A stretch of DNA of 64,000 bases, taken from positions 46,996,001 through 47,060,000 of the forward strand of contig OX638152.1 in NCBI GenBank assembly GCA_951804945.1, read 5' to 3'. The notes beneath the pieces are model-generated. The model saw nothing but the letters and a program-made list of their open reading frames with translations, did no database searches and had not been told where the DNA came from. The DNA comes from Podarcis cretensis (lineage: Eukaryota). The position numbers were made by a program, and so were the translations under genes. Below, piece after piece: positions 23,676 to 35,745 of the stretch (its first letter is position 1; the number at the start of each line of letters is the position of its first letter).

Positions 23676-26531
23676 CTTGAAAACAAGAGTTCCAAATTAA
23701 ACAAGTTGGCTTTATTCAATTTCAAATCTTTGGGAACAATCCAGTCCTCAGCAAACATAGTGCCTGTATGCTCAACTGAGCCTTGTTTCTCCTTCTCCCA
23801 CTAGAAACCATAAAGTGGAATGACAGGTGTGCCTTTCATGTCTCCAAACTGAACTCCTGCCTCTCTGCAAACAAGTTATTTGTGCTCTGACAGGAAGGCA
23901 GAAACGGGACTCTACTGAGCACATGGGAATCTTGTACAGGATAAATGGAAAAAGCTAGGTATTTGCTATGGCCATTTCACAAACCCAAGCAATCAAAAAC
24001 AGTTGCAGTTACTGCATGATAAATGTGTTCATTTATATTATATATGGAGACGAGATGTGATTGCAGAAACTTCATCTCTTGATTGTTACCACCTCAGCTA
24101 GCCATGTGAGTCAACTCTAACTTTTCCAGTGACCATGGGTAAATTGAATACATGTTTCTTTAAGGCAAAGCACAATATGTTGCATGTTTTAACCATAAAG
24201 AGCTTGCAAGAAAACAATCACAGAAGTGCATACTAGATACCAAGGACATGCAAACAGAAGTATTCATTATTTTAATTTTGCACCATCTCTACTATTTTCT
24301 GTATGACTTCCAGGAAAAAAATAGTAATTTCCCAAGTTGTGTTCTCAGAGAGTATTGTGAGTTTGTCCAATAGCTAATTATACTACTATAGAATGATCAC
24401 AATGAATGCCACTACCAAAGCAATTAACATTCTTTATGCAAGATTAACTGGATTTGAATCACCTGCATAACTTGCTTGCAATGTTAATCTCTCAGGAGAC
24501 AAAAGAATACTGGTTTCTTGTGTATGCTAAATAAAGTATTGTCTTACATCACTCAGTTAAGTTAATTTCATAGCAGATTTTTGGAAATATGACTTGCTGT
24601 TTTAAAAAATCTGCCTATAAATTTTGGTGGCATAATTATAATTGCTGTTCTGTCAACAGCATTCAACAGATAAATTAAAATCATAGCTATAGATAACATG
24701 TATAACGTAGCCATTTTATAAGCTTTAGCTGAGTAAATAATGAACACTCTCAGACTTTGTTTCTGTGTGAATATTAAAAGCTTTTGAAGAGGGTAATAAA
24801 ATAGGTCACAGTTATATGTCGTGTCTGCTGTTTGGACTATGGCTGTTATGACCTTTATAACTTCGAATAAACTTTGCTTGTCGTTATAAATGTTTGCTAC
24901 CTATCACATTAATAAATTCACAGAGGCTTAAGTTATGGTACAGCACTTGACAGGACATACAAGAGCAGGACATTTTCAAAAATATAAAGTAGTGGGGAAA
25001 TTCCTTACTAGCCCTCATGAAGCTGCCACCAATGAACTCAAAAGTTCCCCACTGGTAAAGTGCCTTCTTAAGTTCACTCAGATTCCTTCTTCAATATGAG
25101 GAAACAAATCCCTTTGCTCCTCTGCCCATCTGAGACATCTTAGAACACTCAATTTCTACCCCCCACCTCCAGCAGCCGTATTTACATTTTCTCTCTCCAA
25201 AATGTATAGTTTATATCACTGCACAGCCAGGAGACATACTAAAACGAATGATAAGAATTCCCACTGAAAACAACGGGACCTTATCTGAAGGCCCATTGGA
25301 AACAATGGAGCTATGAGAATGCCAGTGGAGATCACAGAGCTCTATTAAAATAAAAACAAGTTTGACTGTTAAATGTGATAAAAATGTGATGTGATATTAG
25401 CTGCTCACTTGAGTATCTTTCTGCCTTAGACTCAGGTGAGGTGTGTATGCATGATACCAAATGCTAAAAGAAATGCAAAAAGGAAGTACTGAAAATAAAG
25501 CAGGTTACTACAAAAAAATTGAGCAGCTGCTACTTCAGCTGCTACTATTTCTACCACCATTGTGTCAGAGAAATCTGGTTTGAAATTAAAAGAGCAGTAA
25601 TACTCCTCAAATAAACCAGCGAATATCTGATTTTAAAATTAGGATATACCATTTCTCTCCAACAAGAATGTATCAGAACAAAAATACACAAAATTTGACA
25701 TGTGGTCCTGTGCAATTTGGCTACCAATGAAAAGAGATGTAGTTACTATCAACGCCTATGGCTTGCCATGATGTTTATTTATTTTAATAAATACCTATTT
25801 CAAATAATTTCAATTTAATTATTTATTTAAATTATTTGAGGCTGCTAAGAATAGGGAAGTGTGTATGTTGCCTGTAAACAGTGGAAAGAATATAAAAGTA
25901 AAAAAGTACTAAATTACTAGTGCCAGTTGCTGTTAAATGAAAGCGCTAATGTTCTTTACTTTTTTTTTAATTTTTATGAAAGTTTAAATAGTGACTTATT
26001 GAGTTAATCCTGCCCCAGAGAAAATTCCTTTTTTAAAAGTACTGTATGATAGAATGTAGATATATTACTTAATGCAAGATTGTAAGGCTTCCAGAAATTG
26101 ATCCTATCTTGATCAGTGGAAAAATCCTTGGCCACCTTTGGAAGCTGGTGACCCATAGTTTAGCCTTTCTACTTACTTATTTATTTGTATACATGCCTTG
26201 CAGTCCTTTGACAGAACATATGATGGTTTCAGATACTTTCCCACCATACACCTCAAGGGGGGGAAACCTTGCAAATCGCCACTCTGTCTAAATTTAATGA
26301 ACAAGCTCTAAGAAACTGGTGGATTGAGGGCTGTTTTATTCTAGCATACACAGACTCAAAGCTATCTTTTTTCACGTTTTTTGCTCTAATATATAGGAGT
26401 TTATCCAATGGTAGCTTTGTGCTCATGGAAAGCACTTCCACTCAGGTAAGGTTTGCACATGATTTTCACCAATTACAGCTGTTCTGAACTGCAGGGCAAA
26501 AAGAATGGTTTGCAAATGGATTGGTGAAGGA

Positions 26532-26915
26532 TGTCAAAAACACCAGAGTGATCGATTCTAGTGCTTTATTATAAGGAAGAGTAAACTTACAACACAGCCT
26601 TCAATGCCCCACTCCCGTTACAGATTCAGGATGGACCAAAACGAAGCAAGGAGAGGTGTTCAAGACTTGTTTGCACCCAAGCAAACATTTATACATTCTT
26701 TATACACAAAGCATCATATGTCACTTTGGCCAGAACCTCCCGTTACTCCACCTGGCTGATGAGGGCATAGGTGGCAAATATCCAAGTCTTACAGACAGCT
26801 TCCTTCTCTGGGCCCAGAGCCCAGCACTCCAAGCCCACAGATGAGCCTAACGCCAAAGCCAGCCAATTAGCATAAACATAGCAAGTGCATAAACATAGGT
26901 GATCTCATATTTACA
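26532..26915 (-). mobile_element. Possible solo LTR
   Basis: TGT...ACA ends, reversed AATAAA (gctttatt, about 26565) and reversed TATA (tttatac, about 26690-26700) in LTR order. No TSD confirmed. Confidence 0.3.
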
Positions 26916-29498
26916 ACTACCACCAATTTATTTCAGAGTTATCTTGATGGCATTTACAAGGCTTCTGGCACAGTCTCACCTTTGGTTCAAACAGCTATCC
27001 ATAGAGCCCCTACCCCACCCCCATGCCCCCTGGATAGAGTAGGACAGGATACAGAAGGCTGCAGCTGGTGGAAAGGATCAACCACACCTTGCACAAGCAG
27101 TGCAAAGCCACTATTGGCTACAATCCACTACCTATAATGAAGCAGTATATAGACAACTTAGAGCATCTTTGGATGTTACTTTCTATAGAAAAAATTCAGC
27201 CAACTACAAGTCTAAGAAACTTTCTCCATTACCTCAGAGAAACCAACAATTGAACTGATACTGGATTTCTGTGTCCTTAACAATGTACATCCACATAACT
27301 TAAAGAATAGGGATCCTAACAACATAAATGATGCATTGTGTATCATGTTGCTTTTGTGAATAAAAACATGTATTTAGGACAGATACATATTAGATATTTA
27401 GATGCATTTCTAACATATATATTTAATTTCAGTTTGGGTTTCCCATATATGTAGTGGGTTACTAGAGCAGAGGGGTGTGTAGAATTTCCACACTTACACA
27501 CTAAAAATACGCCCTGACAATGCTGCTTGTTAACATACAGAAAATTTGCATTGGACATTATCCAATCAAGATCACATCTTGGTAGAAGATTCTGAAAATC
27601 ACATTTTCCTTAAGTATGGGTACTCATAGCCCCATTTCTCTCTTTTTATTTTGTTGAGTGTATTTAAAGTTTTAGTCCAACGCTATTTGAGAAAAATGCT
27701 TTATGTACAATTCTAGTCCTGACCTCCCTACTGTTCCCACAGGACCCCTGTTAACCAGCCTACTTACTGTTACTCAGTTTCACCAGAAGCAATGCCTGAA
27801 GCTAAATTCACAGCATGGGGACCTAGAGATCAGTTATGAGTGACACACCAAAACTGACTTTAGGTAGAGAGCATTTTAAGACCAAAATAATAAGGGATTG
27901 AATCCTGGAAATGTTTGAAAACCAATATGTAGAAACATTTAAAACAGGATATGGACAAAGCAAAAGCATTTTTCACATGTTTTAAAGGAAGAAGAAAGAT
28001 TAATCAGCAAATGACTAATTAACTTCTGTCTATCTCTTTCAGCACTTTCTGTGGACTTGCCAGAAATGTTATTAAATGCTTTCAGTTTCCCACACAAACC
28101 AACCTTAATTTCCTGTTCTGGGTTTTATTTTAAGTACATGACCAACATTTACAGTTCTGGGTTTCTAGAAAAAGGCATTTAAATCAATATTAAACACCTA
28201 AGGTGGAATGTTTAAGTGCCTTGAGTTGCTTAAGGCAGACTTCCTGCAGCCAAAATAACAATTACTAGTGTTAACTTTAGCACTTCCATGGCAGGTTAAC
28301 TTCAGCATCTTCATGGCAGGTCCTACTGCTTAAGCACATTAATAAAACTATCTCAAGTAGTCAGAAAACTCATCAGCCAACATGGTGAAATTTTACCATA
28401 TCCTTATTAGAGTGAGTTGCTCATGGAAAGCAATGTCATCTCAGATACAAACAAAACACAGGCAAACACGACTTGCCATGATAATGGTAGGTTTGGGGTT
28501 TTGTTTTTTTAATGTGTGGTAATTCAAACAAACAGCATGGTGTTAGGTCCATGCTTATTGGGACTTATAAATCAAGTAAAATGCATTTTAACTGGAAATT
28601 AGGATGCCTCCTCCCCATGTTCTATAATTTTATCATGTTGCAAAAGTCACTTGGTAAAGCCAATATAAAAATGTAATGTGTGAATCATACTGAAAATTGA
28701 TGTTGGCCCAACATCAAGGGGTCATTTCAGAAAAATGCAAAACATGCTTGCCTGGCTAATAATAATGATGTTGGCCCATAGCTATGGCAGGTGGGATTGC
28801 CAAGCTTGCCAAAGTCTTTTCCCCCAGATGCCTGCCCCACTTTAAAAACTTTTGCCAAGTGCGTAAAGATGAATGCACACAAGTTAAATGTGCATAAGTT
28901 GTGGGCTTACAGTACATATTTTCATTACATTTCCTTTTGATACTGTTTCTTCTTCCTGCCTACATGGTCCGGAAGAAGGAAAGTTAACCAAATTATTCAC
29001 AGACACTTAAATAATATTTGTTTGCCATTCTCTTGTATGAACCACTTTCTACATCCAGTGCCTGACAGACGTGAATGTTTATGCACTCCTGAGGTTGCAA
29101 AGCATTCCTATTTCATCTACCTTCAGATAACCAAAGAGTATAGTTCTGCAGATTTTGTACTGGTACAATGGAGATCCAAAGAAGCATTCAAGGGAAACAG
29201 TGTATATCGGGGACAGACAATTTCAGTCCTGAAAAAGTTTATCTAAAGTTATTTATTTGCTCTAATGCTATTATAGTGGCTACCATGGAGTCAACGCAGA
29301 ATTTAAATGTGAGTTTCCTATAATACAGACCCAACGCTATAGCCCAGTACAATCCTCAGAAGTCCTAATAAGTTTAATGGGACTTACTCCTAGTGAACCC
29401 CACTGGGTGAAATGCATATTAAATAGACAATAATGTCTGATAAATTACTAGTAAAGAGAAAGTCTTTGGGTTGTAGTCAACTAACTTTTGCTCAGAGT

Positions 29499-29855
29499 TC
29501 TTGGCATCCGTCTGTCATGAGAGACGATGCAGTGTACCTCCAAGGGTGAAGTCAAACCACTGGAGAATCACAGTGCCTGCTGTGGCTGCAGAGACCGCCT
29601 CCTGCGTTGGTTTTGCTGTGTTAGCAGCACCAAAGTGACCTCTCCAAGGCACAAGCCTGGGCAGTGTGCATGGTGGCCCTAGACAGCTCAGATGACAAGA
29701 CTCACTGATGTGGTCCAAAGAAAAACAGAGCAATACATTTGGCACCAGCTTGGATGCAGAAGTTGCCAGAAGAATTGTCCACTCCACTCTGAATTTGAGT
29801 AGCGTTTACTTCTTAGCCTTTTCCTCTCCCAAAGATGTCCCACAAGGCAGCAAGC
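29499..29855 (-). mobile_element. 5'-truncated copy of the same RTE-derived element
   Basis: Colinear with 9302-9695 (ggcatccgtctg...gaagtcaaaccac...gatgtcccacaaggcagc). TSD TCAGAGT at 29492-29498 and 29859-29865. Confidence 0.75.
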
Positions 29856-30522
29856 TGATCAGAGTAGATCCATGGAAATTCATTGCCATGACTAATTTAG
29901 GTCCATTAATCTGAATGGTTCTACTCTGAGAAAAAGTTAGTTGAATACAATTCTGGCCAGCTTGAAGAATGAAAGAAACTGAGATCTGCCAAAATAAATA
30001 TTTTGTGGGATCAAAATGTGTACTTTTACTTTAAAGAAGTGGTGAAAAATAAAGACATTGATTAAACTCCCATGTGTAGAGGAATATATACTATGATGAT
30101 CACTAAAATGTTCTTTTGGATAGACAATTTACATTTACAAACAATTTTCATTCCTAGCACTAAATTCCTTTAGCAAAATTCATTGGGATTTTCTGTACTT
30201 TCAGACAGCAATCCATATTGTTTCCAAGGAAATATTTCACTATATTTCCATCAGTGCAAAGGAAGATAAAAGGTTTTATCTAATTTAACTATGTGGATCT
30301 GAGTAAGTCCTAACCTTAATCCAGTACCTGTAATGGAAACGCTAATGCAGCATTATGATTTTACTTATCAGAAAACAATTATTCAGTGTGGGAAAGCCAT
30401 AAACTAATGTGGGCAATTCTCCATTATTGTAGATGTGACAGTAGAAAGCTAACTTTGTTATATATATTTTGTGTCTGCAGCTCAATAACAGAAGGAAGCA
30501 AATATCTCAGAAGTTCCCTTAC

Positions 30523-30643
30523 CAAAGACAGTGAGCTCTGCTGGGTCACTATCCCGTTCTCCCACCATATTGGTGCCAACACATGTATACATTCCAGCAT
30601 CACTCTTTCTTGTGTTCGATATCATAAGCTTTCCACCTCTTAT
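30523..30643 (-). CDS. ROBO2: ROBO2 internal coding exon (Ig2 C-half; exon 4 equivalent), 121 bp
   Basis: Hand translation [40 protein letters not shown]. Acceptor ...ctgatag, donor gtaagg. Phase is compatible with both neighbours. Not in the ORF track. Confidence 0.97.
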
Positions 30644-30796
30644 CTATCAGGGAAAAAATGAAAAAAGTCTAAGTTTTAGCACACTGTAAGCGGTTTCATA
30701 TAACTAAAGATGAAAAGAAAAACACCAGTAGCAATATTTATAAATATTAGCAAATGTAATTACTATTTCTAAAGCACTATTCTTCATGTAAGATTA

Positions 30797-31300
30797 CCGT
30801 AATTTTTGCTCCATAAGAAGCACCGTCTGACCATAACACGCAGCTAGTTTTTAGAGGGGGAATCCAAGAAAAAAATATTCTTTAAAGGGAGCACTGAGCA
30901 GAGCCTGTATGCATCCCAGGCTCTGCTCAGCGATCCCTTTCACGAGCTGCGTGGATCGTGTGTGCGGCGCTTGCAGGCTTTTCCCCAAGGAGGGAGAAGG
31001 GCAGCCCGTTGCCCTTCTCCCTCCTCAGGGAGAAGCCCCCAAGAGCCGCACACACGATCCACATGGCTCTTTAAAGGGAGTGCAGCTCTTGCGGGCTTTT
31101 CCAGGAGGTGGGGGAAGGGACAGAGCACAGCTAAGCCAGAAGCTAGAACAGAGAGAGGGATTTCTGTGCAGCGCTCCCTCTCGCTGTTCTGGCTTCTGGG
31201 ATAGCTGCGCAGCCTGCATTTGCTCCATAAGATGCACACACACACTTCCCCTTAGTTTTTAGGAGGGAAAAAGTGCATCTTATAGAGCAAAAAAATACGA
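30797..31300. mobile_element. Tc1/mariner (pogo/Tigger-like) MITE within the 1025-bp ROBO2 intron
   Basis: TA|CCGTAATTTTTGCTCCATAAGA ... TCTTATAGAGCAAAAAAATACGA|TA, with an internal GC-rich palindrome. Confidence 0.8.
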
Positions 31301-31668
31301 TATTTAAAATTTGTGAAGGGGCATAGCAGGACACTTTGGTGACCTCTGTTCTTTCAAATGTCTTTGAAATATTTGGTGCTTTTGGTCACAAAGGGATTTC
31401 ACAAGTGCACTTTCACTGGACAATTGATGGGAAAAGGAACTTTCTGATCACCCTTCCACCTGAAAAATGCTTAGGAGAAGAGGCCCACCATGGATGTTAA
31501 TGAAAAAAAAAGAGCATCTCTGTCCATACTGCGATTCTCCCACACTCAGTCATTTAGCCACAGTGCTTAATTAAATGCTCTAATTTACCAGAAAACCTAC
31601 AGTGAGATTCACTTTTTAGCAAATTGATCAGTATTTTTTAGGTTTCCATTTCAGTAGGACAGACTTAC

Positions 31669-31826
31669 ACTGATTCTCTCTTCTCTGTCATCTATTCGGA
31701 TTTTGTCTTTTTTCCAGTAGATAGTGGGCTCAGGATGTCCTCGAGGAGGCTGGCACTCTAAAATAGCTGGTTCACCTGCTGCCACAACAACATCTGTGGG
31801 GTTTTGTCGGAAATCATCTCGTAGCA
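31669..31826 (-). CDS. ROBO2: ROBO2 internal coding exon (Ig2 N-half; equivalent to human exon 3), 158 bp
   Basis: Translates to [52 protein letters not shown]. Acceptor tcag, donor gtaagt. Residues match ROBO2 rather than ROBO1 (ROBO1 has SDVMVAVGEPAVME). Confidence 0.97.
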
Positions 31827-34033
31827 CTGATACAAAAATAATATATAAATAAAAGAGAGGAAGAAAAAAGAAAGAAGATTTATTATAACAGCACACTGGC
31901 AAAGAAAAAAAATTTCTTGGTCAAAATTTCTTTGGTGGCTATTTAACATGCATTATAAAAAATCCATCCCAATCAGCCAATACACCAGAAATAAATATGA
32001 CTCCATAGGTGGCCGATTCTCAGCATGTGAGTACAGGCTATGCATATGTATTTTGTAGCAGTATCTCTCATATAAATGCACACATACACACCCAGTTTCT
32101 TTTTTTTTAATTCTGCAGCCACACCTGCCAAGTGACATCTGGCCAATGTGACCTTCTGAGGACAAAAAACCCTAATAGTATGATTGCCATTCTGACACTG
32201 AATTCTTTTCATTAAGGAAAACAGCATGCTGGACTTTGCTTGCAACCTTTTGGAAATCCTGTTTGCCTATCTCTCAACTGGCACCTATATCCACAGAAGT
32301 CACTTTAAAGTCATCTGGGCAAAAGATGAGGTGACACACTACACAGTTTTACTTCTACTGTTTAATAATAATAATAAAAACAAACAAACAGCAACAACAA
32401 TTTATGAAGGATGCCAAGATCTAGGTATACATAAAGGTATGCTTTTTTTATTCTCACTTTTTATCTTTGCTGCTATGATTGTGAGAGAAAACCAGAAGGG
32501 AGAAAATGCTTGCAGGTTACTCTCAACTGTTGGAAAACTAGTTTAGGGAACTACCTTCTTATAGAAATTATGTCACAGCACAGGGATTAGACTTTAGTGT
32601 TCAGAAATGATATTATTTTATCATTATTCTTCCATGCATGTTCCAGTCTCTAGGTTAATTGCCACCCTTAACAACACAGAACTGAAGAGAGCTCCAAAAT
32701 CAGCTACTAAAAATTAGGGCATCTCCTCTCTTGTAGTTCAACTATGCAAGAGGCTCATTACTGTTTTAATACAGATTTCACCTTTAGTGAAACAAGGGCC
32801 CTCTGAGAAATCAAGAAAAGCCTGTGTCTCACTAAAGGAGCAGTCTGGAACAGTTCAGCAAAAATGTTCACTCTTCACTTATAAGCAGATTTAATTTACT
32901 GCTTTTGCTGTTAATAAAATGTGCTCCATTTTAACATTTTGAACTGCACATTTCCCATTTTCGTGTGTTACATGGAAGGATAAAATTTATATGCACAAGG
33001 ATTAGCCACTGAATGGGTTGAGGTGAGCCTGCATATAAATCTGGCTCTCAGCTACAGATATGGGTTTCTGCTTATCGTTTTAGCATTTTCAAGGCACACA
33101 GGTAAATCCTAAGAGAGGGAGAAACTAATTAAAGGTTAATTTAGTTTCTAATATAAAAAGGAGCTGTTTATGTACACCATGTCTAGACGCAGAAAATAAA
33201 AATAAAAGAATTGGCGTAAAAATCATTCTGGCAAGAACTCCACTTTCTCTAAAGGAACACATCTGGCAGGGTGAAGGGCATATTTCAGAACCCTCTTCCC
33301 ACATTTTTCTTGCCTAAAGCTTCAAATGAAAGGCATCCTCTGGACTGGTGCATATTATACAAATCTTTCCCATAAAAAAGCAAGTTTATATATTTGCATC
33401 TGTCAAGAATTCACATTTGATAGAAAAGAAAGAAAAGAGTGAGGAATAGTTAATTTTGGAGACAAAATAGAATGTTGATATCCTAACACAGAAGAGCACA
33501 GAATGTGGCAAAGTATATCCAAAACACAGAAGTAAGAAATACACTATCAGAAGGCCAGCATATTCAACAATGACAATCCACAAAATTTCCCATTCTGTAA
33601 TATTCCTCTGTGTATATCAGTATACAAACACAGAAAGTGAGAAAATAATGAGGAAAAAAAGTTTATTTCACAAATGGAAGTTTGGTAATATTCAGGATCA
33701 AAAAGTACAATTTAAAAATTACACAGAAAGTCAAGCACCAATCCCAGCATGTTACAATACTGGAAACACTGATCTCTAAACTCTACTTGGCCTCTGGATT
33801 ATTTACATAATCACTGGCGTGCCCACTTTAGGATAATTAAATTTTAGCATCAGGATATGCTTTTTCTACTGTCTTCTGTCAGTGATCAAGCAATCACTTT
33901 CTACTCACTGTAATCCTTGACACCTGCCCCCAATCTAGATTATAAACCCCTTTGGGCTGGGACCATGAACTGTCTGCATTGTGTTCCATCTGAAAAGAGG
34001 AAAGGCAATCCTCAAACAAACAAGAAATTAACT

Positions 34034-34211
34034 AAAAAAAATCCTTCCAGTAGCACCTTAGAGACCAACTAAGTTTGTTATTGGTATGAGCTTTCGTGTG
34101 CAAGCACACTTTTCATACCAATAACAAACTTAGTTGGTCTCTAAGGTGCTACTGGAAGGATTTTTTTTATTTTGTTTCGACTACGGCAGACCAACACGGC
34201 TACCTACCTGT
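34034..34211. mobile_element. Short Penelope-like element insertion (inverted pLTR hairpin)
   Basis: Perfect 56-bp inverted repeat (34034-34089 / 34113-34168). Perfect 15-bp flanking duplication AACAAGAAATTAACT at 34019-34033 and 34212-34226. The ccagtagcaccttagagaccaac...ccaacacggctacc sequence is recalled as reptile Penelope. Confidence 0.75.
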
Positions 34212-35703
34212 AACAAGAAATTAACTGCAGTTCTTTAGAATGTAGAAAAGGCATGTAATAAATAGCCTGATTATTGAACATTCATCCTGATTTGTTTGCA
34301 TAGTATTTCTTTTTAGTGACCACTCATTCTGTTTGCAAGGAGCTTAGTCCCAGAGACTAGAGAGTATAAGACGATCCTTTGCAGTCATCATATTTTGGCA
34401 GGCCCTGATGTTCATTAGGAATGGAAAACTACACTTTAGATAGGCACATTTGTACTTTTCCCCATTCTGGTAATGAGAGATCAGTAGGTTGGAATAACCT
34501 TGGGCGGAATAATAGGAGACTGCAGGGCTGCCAGAGGGAGGACCTTTCGTGGGACCCTTTGACCAAAGGCTGTTTCAGTTCTCCTCCACTGTTCAGGCAA
34601 GGCTCTCCTGAAAGATGTGAACTAAGTTTCTAGATTTTATATTCTATACAGTACCAGGTAATTTTTTCATACTATGAAATCTGCTAAAATGTAGAGAAAA
34701 ACCCCCTCAAATAGATCTTTAAATATGATACAGTTGACATGTCAAAGTTCCAGACGCTCCCCAAAGAACTGCTGTATAATCTGTTTCAGATATTCTGACA
34801 TTCCGTAGGAGATGAGAATAAGTGCACAGCTAAACTAATGGCAGTTTGGCCACTTTCATCTGGGATTGGAAGCATCTGAGAATAGGCAGAGAATCAGTCA
34901 AGGAAGTGATGATGGACCTCAACCATTTATTTCAGTCTCACACTGGATGGTTCAAAGAGATACAATATTATGCTCTACAGCACACATACAATAATGCTCC
35001 AGAAAAAATTTAATTGTAGCATTCTAGGTCTTTCTTTGATGAAGAATGCATATACTTCTGAAGTACCATTTCCCGTTTTCATTTGAAATGTAAAAGTTTA
35101 TTAATGGTTGAAAGCTTCATGTTGCAACAGTATAGTGAAGAGAAACGCTTGCAGCTAAAGCACCTGCTGCAACAGGGGGAAAGGCTTGCTACCAAAGCAA
35201 CTCCTCACTAAATATGCCAGTTTATGCCCAAATCCAGACCAAGTCAAACTAACGTCTGTAAACTCTAGGAATTTTATAGAAAGGGAATTCATTTTCTCCT
35301 CTGTGACTCTGACAATTTGTTTAAATGAGTCTGAGTGTTTTTTGGTGAAGAAAAAGAGGGGGTCATAACCATTAATATATATATCCATAGTGTAATCCTT
35401 CCTTCTACCATAAAGGCTCTCAGACCCTAAGAAAAGGGAGAAAACACATTTTAATAGGATTTACATTTACATGATGATTACAAATAACCATCTGTCTGCT
35501 TCTACTTTTCAATCTGGTCTGTGTCCCATGAGTCCCTAGCCTATGGTCAAAGCAACTAAGCTAGAAGGGGAAAGTACAGGTCTGTCAGGAGATTTTGGGT
35601 AATTTACATTCTTTTGCCACAGTGCCTGGTTTCTCCTTCTATCTACACATATATATTACAGGGACTGTTTTCTAAATTCCATATACATACATTATAAAAT
35701 ATA

Positions 35704-35745
35704 GTGTGTGTGTGTGTGTGCGCGCGCGCACACACACGCACACAT
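35704..35745. repeat. (GT)n(GC)n(AC)n alternating purine-pyrimidine tract
   Basis: gtgtgtgtgtgtgtgtgcgcgcgcgcacacacacgcacacat. Confidence 0.95.

Noticed and set aside
23558-23758. ORFs overlapping ROBO2 exons in other frames or strands (also 30386-30661)
   Set aside because: They are shadow frames of the real exons.
31651-31902. 83-aa ORF as a standalone gene
   Set aside because: Only 31669-31826 is exonic. The rest is intron read-through, including the polypyrimidine tract.
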